Assembly: GCA_965649295.1 (NCBI GenBank)
Contig: CBFGKH010000004.1
Coordinates: 64,001-128,000 of the forward strand
DNA: 64,000 nt
Direction: 5' to 3'
Source: a candidate division WOR-3 bacterium
GTDB taxonomy: Bacteria > Hydrothermota > Tepidihabitantia > Tepidihabitantales > Tepidihabitantaceae
Part shown: positions 46,558-56,525 of the stretch, piece by piece
How positions within the stretch are numbered: the stretch's first letter is position 1
Layout of the letters: the number at the start of each line of letters is the position of its first letter
Position numbers and translations under genes: made by a program
Notes under the pieces: model-generated
Told to the model about the DNA's origin: nothing
Databases searched by the model: none
The model's input: the letters and a program-made list of their open reading frames with translations, nothing else

Positions 46558-48303
46558 ATGCTCATTCTAATCCTGTCAGTCCTTGCCCAGCTTGAGAACA
46601 ACGCAGCGACTACTACGGTGCTACCATTCCTGCAGCTTGGCCAGGGAGCTAGGGCTGCTGCGCTCGGTGAGGCCCATGTCGCCTTGGTCGATGATGCAAC
46701 TGCGTTGTATTGGAATCCAGCCGGCTTGGCCACTAGCGAGGAGTATCGCTTCGCCTTCTCCCACCAGCAATGGTTCACCGATACTCGTGACGAACTCGCT
46801 CATATGGTGGTACCAGCCGGACCAGGTGCAATCGGCATTTCTGCTGCCTACTCGGCTGAACCTGGTATCGAGCAATGGAACGAAGAGAACCGATTTGTCG
46901 GCACCTTTCAAACATGGAGTAGCCTCTTCGCGCTGGGCTATGGTATAACACTGGCACCAGCCTACCGAATTGGTGCTGGGATCAAATTCGGCCTGCAGAA
47001 CTTACTAGCTGACTGGGTTATGGCCGGCGCCTGCGATCTCGGATTCCAGGCTCGGCCTCTATCTGGCCTTGGTCTCGGAGTTAGCTGCCGCAACCTAGGC
47101 GTCGGGTGGTCATCCAGGCACGAAAAGCTGCCTACTGAGTTGGCTCTTGGAGCAGCCTACACCTGGCAAAACCTCACCGGCACTGCTGACCTCTCTCTTC
47201 GGTTCAATTCCCGACTCGCCGGCCACGCCGGCGTCGAATATCGTCCGTTCCGACCACTTGCCCTCCGCGCCGGCTATCGTACCGGCCCAACCGATATCTC
47301 AACTCTCGGCTTCTGGAGCGGTCTGACCACCGGCTTTGGCATCAACACTGGCATCCTCGGCCTCGACTACGCAATCACGCCCTATGGCAAGCTCGGCATT
47401 GCTCATCGCCTAACCCTGGCTGCCCGTATCCGGCGCGTTGGTCGCGGCAGTCTCGTGCTCTCGATTGTTGATGCTCAGACACTTCAACCACTCACCGCCG
47501 ACATTGTTCTCAGCGGTGCAATCCGGCTTGCCCGCACCGAGACGAACAAGGAACACCTCACTCAACTACCGCGTGGACGATTGATAATCAAGACCAGCCG
47601 CTCCGGCTACGCAACCCGCATTGACACGATGATGATTGCTGGTGACCGCGAACAGACCGCAACAATCAGCCTTCGTCGCCTGGAATACGGCGGTCTAGCT
47701 GGCGCCATCCTGGCTGCCGGTACCAGTAGCCCACTAGCCGGCGACATCACCTATCGCGGCCCGGTATTTGGTAGCATTGACGCTGATCCCGACCTCGGAA
47801 CGTTCGTCGTAAGAAACATCCCCAGCGGTACCTACATCGTTACTGCTACTGGCCCAACTGCCGAGTACGTCCCTCAGACCTGCACGCTCCAGGTGCTACC
47901 TGACCAGCTTACCAGTCGCGACTTCTGGCTAGTCCGGCCGAGCCAGACAATCGTCCTTGAAGGTATCACATTCCCGACTGGCAAAGCCGACATACTGCCC
48001 CAGTTCGAGAACATCCTCAATACTGCCGGCAACGTGCTCCGGGCCAACCCAAGCATAACCGTTGAGATTGCCGGTCATACCGACCCCCGGGAAATCAGCA
48101 CTCCCCAGTTCCCATCCAACTGGGAACTTTCTCGCGCTCGAGCCGAAGCAGTCCGCCGCTATCTCATCGAGAAGTTCGGCATCGCCGCTGAACGGTTGAG
48201 CGCTAACGGTTATGCCGACACCCAGCCAGTCGCCGAGAACACCACGGAAGCAGGCATGGCAAAGAACCGCCGTGTCGAGTTCCGCATCATAAGCTCACGA
48301 TAA
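46558..48303 (+). CDS. PorV/PorQ (UPF0164)-like beta-barrel fused to carboxypeptidase-regulatory-like Ig domains and OmpA C-terminal domain
   Basis: PFL.LG.GARA.ALGEA.VA..DDA.ALYWNPAGLA; LRAGY; DYA..P.G.LG..HR; I.F.TGKA.I, GHTD, N..LS..RA.AV, NRRVE. Confidence 0.85.
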   Translation: MLILILSVLAQLENNAATTTVLPFLQLGQGARAAALGEAHVALVDDATALYWNPAGLATSEEYRFAFSHQQWFTDTRDELAHMVVPAGPGAIGISAAYSAEPGIEQWNEENRFVGTFQTWSSLFALGYGITLAPAYRIGAGIKFGLQNLLADWVMAGACDLGFQARPLSGLGLGVSCRNLGVGWSSRHEKLPTELALGAAYTWQNLTGTADLSLRFNSRLAGHAGVEYRPFRPLALRAGYRTGPTDISTLGFWSGLTTGFGINTGILGLDYAITPYGKLGIAHRLTLAARIRRVGRGSLVLSIVDAQTLQPLTADIVLSGAIRLARTETNKEHLTQLPRGRLIIKTSRSGYATRIDTMMIAGDREQTATISLRRLEYGGLAGAILAAGTSSPLAGDITYRGPVFGSIDADPDLGTFVVRNIPSGTYIVTATGPTAEYVPQTCTLQVLPDQLTSRDFWLVRPSQTIVLEGITFPTGKADILPQFENILNTAGNVLRANPSITVEIAGHTDPREISTPQFPSNWELSRARAEAVRRYLIEKFGIAAERLSANGYADTQPVAENTTEAGMAKNRRVEFRIISSR

Positions 48304-48472
48304 CTCCGCAATAGGAACTCACGAGACTGGACGGCTTCGATATTCCGCTTTCTGCCCACACCAAGACTGCTAATGTGCTAAGGAATTGCACTGAGGCGCT
48401 CCCTTCTCGCGGTCTCCTGTTGCAACCCATCACCAGCGTTGACCCTCAGCAGCGACAACCTATAATCGGCAA

Positions 48473-49162
48473 GTGAGCATTGCCCAGAACATCGCCATAG
48501 TAGAGGAGAAAATCGAGGCTGCCTGCAATCGAGCCGGACGTTCGCAGTCGGAAGTTCTGCTGGTCGCCGTAACCAAGACCCGCTCTGCGGAAGAAATCAA
48601 TGAAGCAATCCGCTGCGGTATCAAAGCAATCGGCGAGAACCGAATCCAAGAAGCTCAAGCCAAGAAGCCGTTTGTTACGGGACCGGTAGAATGGCATCTC
48701 GTCGGTAACCTTCAGACGAACAAAGTGAAGAAAGCACTCGAACTCTTCGATGTGATTCAGAGCGTTGATTCGCTACACCTAGCTCAGGCACTCGAACAAC
48801 GGGCCGCTGCTGCCAACCGGACGCTGCCGGTACTCATCGAAGTCAACACCTCAGCCGAACCCTCCAAACACGGGCTGCGACCCGAGGCCCTGCCACAGTT
48901 CATTGAATCAGCTCTTGCCTTCAGCCACCTGCGCTTCGACGGCCTGATGACGATTGGCCCGGGCTGGGCAGTCGAGAATCCCGAAGCATCCCGACCCTGT
49001 TTTCGTCTGCTCCACTCGCTGGCCGCTGACTGCCGCCAACGGTTTGGGCTCGGTCTTCCCCACCTCTCAATGGGAATGTCAGCTGACTTTGAAGTCGGTA
49101 TCGAAGAAGGCGCAACGATTATCCGCATCGGCACTGCCTTGTTTGGACCGCGCCTGTCCTAG
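48473..49162 (+). CDS. yggS: PLP homeostasis protein YggS/PROSC
   Basis: LVAVTK, GENR.QE, WHL.G.LQ.NK, GLMTI, LSMGMS.D, RIGTALFG. Confidence 0.97.
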   Translation: MSIAQNIAIVEEKIEAACNRAGRSQSEVLLVAVTKTRSAEEINEAIRCGIKAIGENRIQEAQAKKPFVTGPVEWHLVGNLQTNKVKKALELFDVIQSVDSLHLAQALEQRAAAANRTLPVLIEVNTSAEPSKHGLRPEALPQFIESALAFSHLRFDGLMTIGPGWAVENPEASRPCFRLLHSLAADCRQRFGLGLPHLSMGMSADFEVGIEEGATIIRIGTALFGPRLS

Positions 49163-49579
49163 GTGGAAGCAGAACGTTTTGCCCAACTAGTTGACGAGGC
49201 GATTGCTGCCATCCCCGAATACTTCCGTTCCCGTCTCGACAACATTCAGATTGACATCCAACCATTAGCAACTCGCGACGTAGCGCAGACAATCGGCAAA
49301 CCAGCCTGGTCATTGCTTGGCATCTATCAGGGCATTCCTTATCCGCGGCGCAATCACTGGTACGGCAATGTCCTGCCTGACCGGATACTCATCTTCCAAC
49401 GGCCAATCGAACGACTCGCCCGCAACGAGGCCGAGATACGCGAACTGGTCCGCCGCGTCGTCATTCACGAGGTCGGCCACTACTTCGGCCTGAACGACGA
49501 GACACTGCACCGGCTGGAACAGGAGTCGCTTGCCGCGGACCATGCCCGATCTGATTCTTCCGCGAACGAACCTAGCTAA
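49163..49579 (+). CDS. Minimal zincin-like metallopeptidase (DUF1025 / Zincin_1)
   Basis: LLG.Y.G.P, PDRI.IF..PI, V.HEVGHYFG. Confidence 0.9.
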   Translation: MEAERFAQLVDEAIAAIPEYFRSRLDNIQIDIQPLATRDVAQTIGKPAWSLLGIYQGIPYPRRNHWYGNVLPDRILIFQRPIERLARNEAEIRELVRRVVIHEVGHYFGLNDETLHRLEQESLAADHARSDSSANEPS

Positions 49580-49584
49580 AAGCA

Positions 49585-49608
49585 GCGGGCGCGGATACCC
49601 GCGCCCGC
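49585..49608. terminator. Hairpin between convergent genes
   Basis: GCGGGCGCGG-ATAC-CCGCGCCCGC with A-rich flanks. Confidence 0.75.
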
Positions 49609-49630
49609 AAGAACAAACGCCGTCTGCTGA

Positions 49631-51778
49631 CTAACGCAGCCAGGGTAGATACTGCGAGACCTTGATGACCAACCCAAGCACCACAATCGAGACCATCGAT
49701 TGTAGCTTGAGCAGGATGTTCAATGATGGGCCAGAGGCGTCCTTCAGGGGATCGCCAACTGTGTCACCTACCACACCCGCGTGGTGTGCCGGCGAACCCT
49801 TGCCACCGTAGTTGCCCTTTTCGATGAACTTCTTTGCATTGTCCCACGCGCCGCCGGCATTGGCCGAGAAGATGGCAAGACAGAAGCCGGCAGCAAGACC
49901 ACCGGCCAGGAAGCCGGCAACACCCTCCGTACCAAGCAAAAGGCCAACAACAATCGGCCCGATGATCGCCAGCAGTGATGGCGCAATCATCTCCTTTTGG
50001 GCGCTGCGAGTGCAGATGGTAACTGCGCTGGCATAATCCGGCTTGGCCGTACCCTGCATCAGGCCGGGGATTTCCTTAAACTGCCGACGAACCTCGTTGG
50101 CAATCTCCGATGCGGTGCGACCTACTGCCCGGAGAATCATCGAACTAACGCCCATCGGCAGCATCGCCCCCAAGAAAAGCCCAGCAATCAACCGCGGGTT
50201 CAGCAAGGTAAAGCTCAGCCGTTGCAGATAATCATAGGCGCCACCAGCTCCGAGAATCTCCGGCGCCTTGACCTCAATCTCACCACGATAAGCCGCAATC
50301 AAAGCCAAAGCCGTGAGAGCGGCTGAGCCAATAGCGAAACCCTTGCCCGTTGCCGCAGTCGTATTACCTAGGGCGTCAAGGGCATCGGTTCGCTGCCGAA
50401 CAATCGGCTCCTGATGAGTCATCTCCGCATTGCCACCGGCATTGTCCGCAACCGGTCCGTAGGCGTCGGTCGCCAGGGTGATACCCAGGGTGGCCAGCAT
50501 CCCGACCGCGGAAATGCCTATGCCATAAAGCCCCAATCCAGGATTCGAACCACCGCCAGCCATGTAGTAACTTGTAATAATCGCCACCGCAATCGTGATG
50601 ACAATCGGAATTGTCGAGTTCATCCCGACTGCCAGACCCTCAATAACAACCGTCGCCGGCGATGTCCTCGCTTCAGCCGCGATGCCCTGAGTCGGCTTGT
50701 AGCTGTCCGACGTGAATCGTTCGGTGAAGTAACCGACAATCACCCCTGCCAGCAGACCAGAAAGAATCGACCAATACACCTGAACATGCCCGGGCAGGAG
50801 CCAGCGCACGACGAGAAAACCGAGTACCGCGGAAAGCACAGTCGCACTCCAGACACCCGAGCGCAGCGCCTTCAGCAGCACACTCTGCTCGGCCTTCTCG
50901 CCCGCCCGCACAAAAAAGCTACCGACGATTGAAGAGAATATCCCAACACCAGCCAGCACCAACGGCAAGAGGACACCATTCACCTCGAATCCTGAGCCAG
51001 CAAAGGCAACCACCGAGAGCGCCATCGAAGCAACAATCGAGTCAACATATGACTCATAAAGGTCAGCACCCATACCAGCGATATCACCAACACAATCGCC
51101 AACGTTGTCGGCAATCACTGCCGGGTTGCGCGGGTCGTCTTCAGGAATGCCGGCCTCGACCTTGCCCACTAGGTCAGCACCGACATCAGCCGCCTTGGTG
51201 AAAATACCGCCACCGACGCGAGCAAATAGCGCCTGTGAGGAGGCGCCGATGCCAAAGGCAATCATTGTTGAGGTAATGGCAGTCAGCTTCTCAACCACCG
51301 GCAGGTTAGCATATACCGCATTCAGAATCGCGTACCAGATTGATAGGTCAACGAGACCAAGACCGACAACGGTCAGCCCCATCACCAGCCCAGAAGAGAA
51401 CGCCACCCGCAGACCTGAGTTCAAGCTCTGCTTGGCGGCCCATGTCGTGCGGGCGGTTGACCGCACACCGGTTGACATTCCGATAAAACCGGATAGACCA
51501 GAAAAGAACCCACCGGTTAGGAATGCAAACGGCACAAACCACGACTGCAGTCCAAAGAAAGCAAGCACACAGAGCAGCACAAAGACGATTCCGAAGAACA
51601 GCGTCACACCACGATATTGCTGCTTCAGATAGGCCGTCGCCCCGATGCGAACCGCCTTGGCGACCTCTTTCATCGGCTCGGTGCCCTCGCTCTTCTTCAG
51701 ATTCTGCACGGCAACGATGTAGGCAGTGACCAGTGCCAGCACCGCGCCGCCTGGCGCGAACCAGAAATAGGGACTCAT
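49631..51778 (-). CDS. hppA: Membrane pyrophosphatase, K+-dependent type (likely Na+-translocating)
   Basis: GGGIFTKAADVGADLVGKVE, EDDPRN, DNVGD, GDTVGDP.KD; GNTTAA (Ala rather than Lys) marks K+ dependence. Confidence 0.96.
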   Translation of the reverse strand: MSPYFWFAPGGAVLALVTAYIVAVQNLKKSEGTEPMKEVAKAVRIGATAYLKQQYRGVTLFFGIVFVLLCVLAFFGLQSWFVPFAFLTGGFFSGLSGFIGMSTGVRSTARTTWAAKQSLNSGLRVAFSSGLVMGLTVVGLGLVDLSIWYAILNAVYANLPVVEKLTAITSTMIAFGIGASSQALFARVGGGIFTKAADVGADLVGKVEAGIPEDDPRNPAVIADNVGDCVGDIAGMGADLYESYVDSIVASMALSVVAFAGSGFEVNGVLLPLVLAGVGIFSSIVGSFFVRAGEKAEQSVLLKALRSGVWSATVLSAVLGFLVVRWLLPGHVQVYWSILSGLLAGVIVGYFTERFTSDSYKPTQGIAAEARTSPATVVIEGLAVGMNSTIPIVITIAVAIITSYYMAGGGSNPGLGLYGIGISAVGMLATLGITLATDAYGPVADNAGGNAEMTHQEPIVRQRTDALDALGNTTAATGKGFAIGSAALTALALIAAYRGEIEVKAPEILGAGGAYDYLQRLSFTLLNPRLIAGLFLGAMLPMGVSSMILRAVGRTASEIANEVRRQFKEIPGLMQGTAKPDYASAVTICTRSAQKEMIAPSLLAIIGPIVVGLLLGTEGVAGFLAGGLAAGFCLAIFSANAGGAWDNAKKFIEKGNYGGKGSPAHHAGVVGDTVGDPLKDASGPSLNILLKLQSMVSIVVLGLVIKVSQYLPWLR

Positions 51779-52008
51779 CAAGAGACTCCTTTCAGTTATT
51801 CGCGGTCGAATCCCAGGTGAAGAACCTCCCGGGAGAGGAGGCTTAGTCTAAGCAAGGCCGTCGCCAAGTCAACACTGAGTCAGACGGTGTATCCTGCCAA
51901 CTCGAGACTGCAAGACCCATCGTCCAGCGATGGAAGACAACCGGTAGCCACGGTCTAACCGACGAGCCTGGCTTGACTTGGCTCATACAACGGCTATCCT
52001 AACTGTTG

Positions 52009-52464
52009 ATGATTCAGGGTGTCCACCTCAAGCAACTGCGACCAATACCGGACGAACGCGGGATGGTGATGGAGATACTGCGCTCTGACGACGAATTCTT
52101 CACCCGATTCGGCCAGGTTTACCTTTCAACAATCTACCCTGGTGTCGTGAAGGGCTGGCATTTCCACAAGGTACAGACCGATAACATCGCCATCGTCAAG
52201 GGAATGGTCAAGTTTGTGCTCTACGATGACCGGCCGGAGTCAACAACCCGGGGCGAGATTGTTGAACTCTTCATCGGTGAGCAGAACCCGGTCCTGGTTG
52301 TAGTGCCGCCAGGAGTCATTCATGGAATGAAGGGCATCGGCTTGGAACCGGCACTGATGATCAACTGCCCTACCGAACCATATGACCCAGCCCAGCCCGA
52401 CGAGTTTCGTCGGCCGCCTGATGATCCAGCGATTCCCTACGACTGGCGCCGGAAGGACGGTTAG
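52009..52464 (+). CDS. rfbC: dTDP-4-dehydrorhamnose 3,5-epimerase-family cupin
   Basis: DERG, PGVVKGWH.H..Q.D, D.R..S.T.G, VPPGV.HG, D..I..DW. Confidence 0.85.
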   Translation: MIQGVHLKQLRPIPDERGMVMEILRSDDEFFTRFGQVYLSTIYPGVVKGWHFHKVQTDNIAIVKGMVKFVLYDDRPESTTRGEIVELFIGEQNPVLVVVPPGVIHGMKGIGLEPALMINCPTEPYDPAQPDEFRRPPDDPAIPYDWRRKDG

Positions 52465-53514
52465 TTGCCCAGAGTTCTTGTCGCCGGCGGTGCCGGGTTC
52501 ATCGGTTCTAACCTTGTTCGTCACTTGCTTGAGCAACCCGGCTATCGAGTGCGAGTCCTGGACAAGCTGACGTATGCCGGTAACCTCGCCAATTTTCCCG
52601 AGGCGGTGCGCGCAAGCAAGCGCTTTGAGTTCGTGCGTGGAGACATCTGCAACCCAGCAACGGTTGCTGCTGCGTTGAAGAACTGTGACGCAGTTGTCAA
52701 TCTCGTATCCGAAACGCACATTGACCGGTCAATCGAGAACTCACTGCCGTTTGTCCGTGCCGACTTTGTCGGTGCAGCGATTCTGCTCGAAGAGTTTCGG
52801 CGCAAGCCGGCCGACCGACTTATCCAGATATCCACCTGCGAAGTCTATGGCTCGGCCCGGCGGGTGCCGATGGGCGAAGACCATCCGCTTGAACCGCAGA
52901 GCCCATATGCGGCAACCAAGGCTGGCGCTGACCGGTTATGCCTTGCTTACTACCATACCTATCGGCTGCCAGTCACTGTGTTGCGGCCATTCAACCAATA
53001 CGGTCCAAACCAGTATCCGGAGAAGGTGATTCCTTTCTTCTACACAAGTGCCCGCAACGACCAGCCGCTCTATGTCTATGGTTCAGGCAGGAACACTCGT
53101 GACTGGACCCACGTCAGCGAGCTCTGCACACTAATCCAACGTGTCCTCGAGACTGACCGCCAGCAAGTCGCCGGCGAAGTATTCAATGCCGGCTCTGGTG
53201 AAGAACAGAGCGTCCTCGACATTGCCACGGCCGTACTACGGTACCTTGGTAAGCCGGTAACCCTGATCCGACACATCAAGGACCGGCCTGGCCACGTTGA
53301 ACGACTGGTCTGCGACACAAGTAAGACACATTCGGTCCTAAACTGGCAACCGCGCATCCGGTTCGCCGACGGCATTCGCCAGACCCTTGCTTGGTATGAC
53401 GCTAACGAGACCTGGTGGCGCAGGATAATGCGCCGCCGCCAGTATCAGCAGTTCTACAGGCGCTGGTACTTGAACACGATGGCGCGAACCAAGACTACTG
53501 CTACTCGGAGCTAG
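52465..53514 (+). CDS. rfbB: dTDP-glucose 4,6-dehydratase-like extended SDR
   Basis: [43 protein letters not shown]; has STCE rather than STDE. Confidence 0.85.
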   Translation: MPRVLVAGGAGFIGSNLVRHLLEQPGYRVRVLDKLTYAGNLANFPEAVRASKRFEFVRGDICNPATVAAALKNCDAVVNLVSETHIDRSIENSLPFVRADFVGAAILLEEFRRKPADRLIQISTCEVYGSARRVPMGEDHPLEPQSPYAATKAGADRLCLAYYHTYRLPVTVLRPFNQYGPNQYPEKVIPFFYTSARNDQPLYVYGSGRNTRDWTHVSELCTLIQRVLETDRQQVAGEVFNAGSGEEQSVLDIATAVLRYLGKPVTLIRHIKDRPGHVERLVCDTSKTHSVLNWQPRIRFADGIRQTLAWYDANETWWRRIMRRRQYQQFYRRWYLNTMARTKTTATRS

Positions 53515-53516
53515 CA

Positions 53517-54842
53517 GTGAAGGCCCCTGCCTGCCGAAGAAAGCGAGCTACGTTACCAGCCTCAGGGTTTGCCACTGTCGAACAGGCACTGGCAGACATA
53601 CGGGCTGGCCGACTGGTAATCGTGGTTGACGACGAGGCCCGCGAGAATGAGGGTGATCTGATCGTTGCCGCCGAGAAGATAACCGCCGACAAGGTGAACT
53701 TCATGGCCAAGTACGGCCGCGGCCTTATCTGCGTAGCTCTGACTAGCACTCGTTGTACTGAACTGGGACTGTCAGCCCAGGCCGGCACAAACACGGCTCT
53801 GCACGGTACTGCCTTCACTGTCTCGGTTGACGCTGTCCACGGCACAACCACCGGTATCTCTGCTCACGACCGAGCAGTAACAATCAAGGCCCTCGTTGAC
53901 AAAGAGACGCGGCCAAGCGACTTAGCGCGACCCGGCCACGTCTTTCCCCTGGTTGCGGCTGATGGCGGTGTCCTAGTCCGGGCCGGCCATACCGAAGCCG
54001 CCGTTGACCTTGCCCGCCTTGCCGGGCTGACGCCGGCTGGCGTGCTCTGCGAGATAATGGCCGAGGACGGAACGATGGCCAGACTGCCCGCGTTGCAACG
54101 GCTGGCACGCCGCTTCGGAATGCACATCGTCACCATCAAAGACTTGATCGACTATCGTCGCCAACGTGAGAAACTGATCCGGCGCGTTGTTGAGACCACC
54201 CTGCCCACCGATTTCGGCGAATTCCGTGTCATTGTGTATGAGGACGTGGTGGAACCGTATGCCCACCTGGCACTGGTGCGGGGTGATGTCCGCGGCCAAG
54301 AACGGGTGCTTGTCCGGGTACACTCGCAGTGCCTTACCGGCGACGTCCTTCATTCCCAGCGCTGCGACTGCGGTCAGCAACTGGCCAAGGCAATGCAGAT
54401 GATTGCTGAAGAGGGCCGCGGCGTGCTCCTCTACATGCGCCAGGAGGGACGAGGCATCGGCATCGCCAACAAGCTACGTGCCTATGCCCTCCAGGACCAG
54501 GGCCTCGATACGGTTGAGGCCAATGTTGCGCTGGGTTTCGCACCTGACCTAAGGGACTATGGCATCGGCGCCCAGATACTCTGCGACCTCGGTCTTTCGA
54601 GTATCCGGCTGCTAACCAACAACCCGCGCAAGATTGTCGGCCTGCGTGGTTTTGGTCTCGACATTGTCGAGCGCGTACCGATTGTTGTTCCGCCCAGCCG
54701 CAAGAATCTCCGCTACCTTGTGACCAAACGCGACCGACTTGGCCATCTGCTTGGCGACATCGAACTAAACCCGACAAAGGCCTCGCCCGTGACCCGGGCC
54801 AAAGGAGTGAAGAACAATGGAAACAAGAGAATTCAAAGGTAA
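53517..54842 (+). CDS. ribBA: Bifunctional DHBP synthase / GTP cyclohydrolase II
   Basis: [49 protein letters not shown]; start estimated at GTG 53517. Confidence 0.96.
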   Translation: MKAPACRRKRATLPASGFATVEQALADIRAGRLVIVVDDEARENEGDLIVAAEKITADKVNFMAKYGRGLICVALTSTRCTELGLSAQAGTNTALHGTAFTVSVDAVHGTTTGISAHDRAVTIKALVDKETRPSDLARPGHVFPLVAADGGVLVRAGHTEAAVDLARLAGLTPAGVLCEIMAEDGTMARLPALQRLARRFGMHIVTIKDLIDYRRQREKLIRRVVETTLPTDFGEFRVIVYEDVVEPYAHLALVRGDVRGQERVLVRVHSQCLTGDVLHSQRCDCGQQLAKAMQMIAEEGRGVLLYMRQEGRGIGIANKLRAYALQDQGLDTVEANVALGFAPDLRDYGIGAQILCDLGLSSIRLLTNNPRKIVGLRGFGLDIVERVPIVVPPSRKNLRYLVTKRDRLGHLLGDIELNPTKASPVTRAKGVKNNGNKRIQR

Positions 54843-55281
54843 GCTCGATGCCACCGGCCGCCGGTTCGGCATCGTCGTCTCGCGATTCAATGAACTGGTC
54901 AGTAAACAGCTGCTCAGTGGTGCACTCGACTGCCTTGAACGGCACGGCGCCAAGGGTGCTGACATCGTCTGGGTCGCTGGTGCTTTCGAGCTACCGGCAG
55001 TAACCCTACATCTGGCCCAGTCCAAGAAGTATCAGGCGGTGATTGCGCTTGGGGCTGTAATCCGCGGTGATACGCCCCATGCCGAATACATCTCCGCCGA
55101 GGTTGCCAAAGGTCTGGCTCAGGTCTATCTGCAGACTGGCGTGCCCGCTGCGTTCGGTGTGATTACCGCTGACACTCTCGAACAGGCATTAGAAAGAGCC
55201 GGTGCCAAGGCCGGCAACAAAGGCTGGACTGCTGCTCTCTCGGCGATCGAGATGGCCGACATTGCCAGCCAGCAGCTCTAG
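54817..55281 (+). CDS. ribH: 6,7-dimethyl-8-ribityllumazine synthase
   Basis: SRFN, GAFELP, LGAVIRG.TPH, FGVIT, ERAG.K.GNKG. Confidence 0.97.
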   Translation: METREFKGKLDATGRRFGIVVSRFNELVSKQLLSGALDCLERHGAKGADIVWVAGAFELPAVTLHLAQSKKYQAVIALGAVIRGDTPHAEYISAEVAKGLAQVYLQTGVPAAFGVITADTLEQALERAGAKAGNKGWTAALSAIEMADIASQQL

Positions 55282-55287
55282 CAAACG

Positions 55288-55716
55288 ATGACCCAGCGCC
55301 GGCTGGCGCGCGAATGCGCGCTGGAGACTCTCTATCGGCTCGACCTGGTTGGCGACGAACCGTCCGACGTCATCGAGGAGATACTCGCTCGCAAAAATCC
55401 ATCCGAAGAAGCCGAGCACTACCTCCGGCGGCTGGTTGACACGGTGGTCACCAACCAGCGCGACATTGATAGCGTGCTCCGCCGGCACCTGCGGCGCTGG
55501 CGACTCGAACGACTTACCGTACTCGATCGCGCAATTCTCCGCATGGCTGCCGCCGAAATCCTTCACTTTGGCGACGTCCCGCCCAAAGTCTCCATCAACG
55601 AAGCGGTAGAGATCGCCAAGAAGTACGGCGATGACGATGCCGGCAAGTTTGTCAATGGCGTGCTGGACAGCCTATACCGCGAAACCACTGGCAGCAGCGC
55701 CAGACCAAGCCGATGA
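55288..55716 (+). CDS. nusB: Transcription antitermination factor NusB
   Basis: RR.ARE.AL..LY, W..ERL...DRAILR, INEAVE.AK, FVNGVLD. Confidence 0.97.
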   Translation: MTQRRLARECALETLYRLDLVGDEPSDVIEEILARKNPSEEAEHYLRRLVDTVVTNQRDIDSVLRRHLRRWRLERLTVLDRAILRMAAAEILHFGDVPPKVSINEAVEIAKKYGDDDAGKFVNGVLDSLYRETTGSSARPSR

Positions 55717-56441
55717 AGTACGGCATCTTCTCTGACGTTCACGCCAACCTCGAGGCACTTGAGGCAGTGCTGGCCAAACTTGTCGAGCAAGGCGCAACTC
55801 GCTTCCTCTGCCTTGGTGACCTGGTCGGCTATGGCCCTGACCCCAATGCCTGCATCGAACGCATCCGTTCGCTGCGGGCCCGAGTCGTTGCCGGCAACCA
55901 TGACTACGGCGCCATCCGCCGCACCTCAACTGCCGGCTTCAACCAGGCTGCTCGCGAGGCCTTGGCCTGGACGGGCAAACAGCTCACCCGCCACAACCGG
56001 CTTTATCTTGAGAATCTGCCCCTGGCCGACGTTCGCGATAGCATCCACATGGTTCACGCCTCGCCCTCGGCACCGGACCGTTGGGAATACGTTCTCACCC
56101 TCGGTGATGCCGAGGACGAAATCGAGTACTTTAGCGAAACGATTTGCCTGCTCGGCCATTCACATCACCCGTTCGTTGTCGAGTGCCCATCCCGCGGCCG
56201 CTGCCGCCTCATCCGCACTGAGAGTTTCCGACTCAGCCCTGGCGCCAAATATGTCATCAATGCCGGCTCAGTCGGTCAGCCGCGCGATGGCGACACCCGG
56301 GCCTGCTGCCTTCTTTATGACATCAACGCCGCGACACTGACATTCTTTCGCGTTCCTTACGACATCGCTACCACCCAGGAGAAGATCCGGCGGGCCGGGC
56401 TGCCGGAATCACTCGCCACCCGCCTGAGCCACGGCTACTAG
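55713..56441 (+). CDS. Metallophosphoesterase
   Basis: SDVHAN, GDLVGYG, GNHD, HASP, GHSH.P, N.GSVGQPRDG. Confidence 0.93.
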   Translation: MKYGIFSDVHANLEALEAVLAKLVEQGATRFLCLGDLVGYGPDPNACIERIRSLRARVVAGNHDYGAIRRTSTAGFNQAAREALAWTGKQLTRHNRLYLENLPLADVRDSIHMVHASPSAPDRWEYVLTLGDAEDEIEYFSETICLLGHSHHPFVVECPSRGRCRLIRTESFRLSPGAKYVINAGSVGQPRDGDTRACCLLYDINAATLTFFRVPYDIATTQEKIRRAGLPESLATRLSHGY

Positions 56442-56525
56442 CCGCCGGCGATAGCCGCCGTCAACTTCACCCCTTGACATCACCGGCTCATCGCTTAGTA
56501 TCGCGATACTGACAGGAGGCTGACT

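Noticed and set aside
51782..51844. Riboswitch in the hppA leader
   Set aside because: One short hairpin only; no consensus I recognise for Na+, fluoride or c-di-AMP riboswitches.
53415..53516. FMN riboswitch or long N-terminal extension of ribBA
   Set aside because: The region lies within the rfbB coding sequence and has no RFN consensus.
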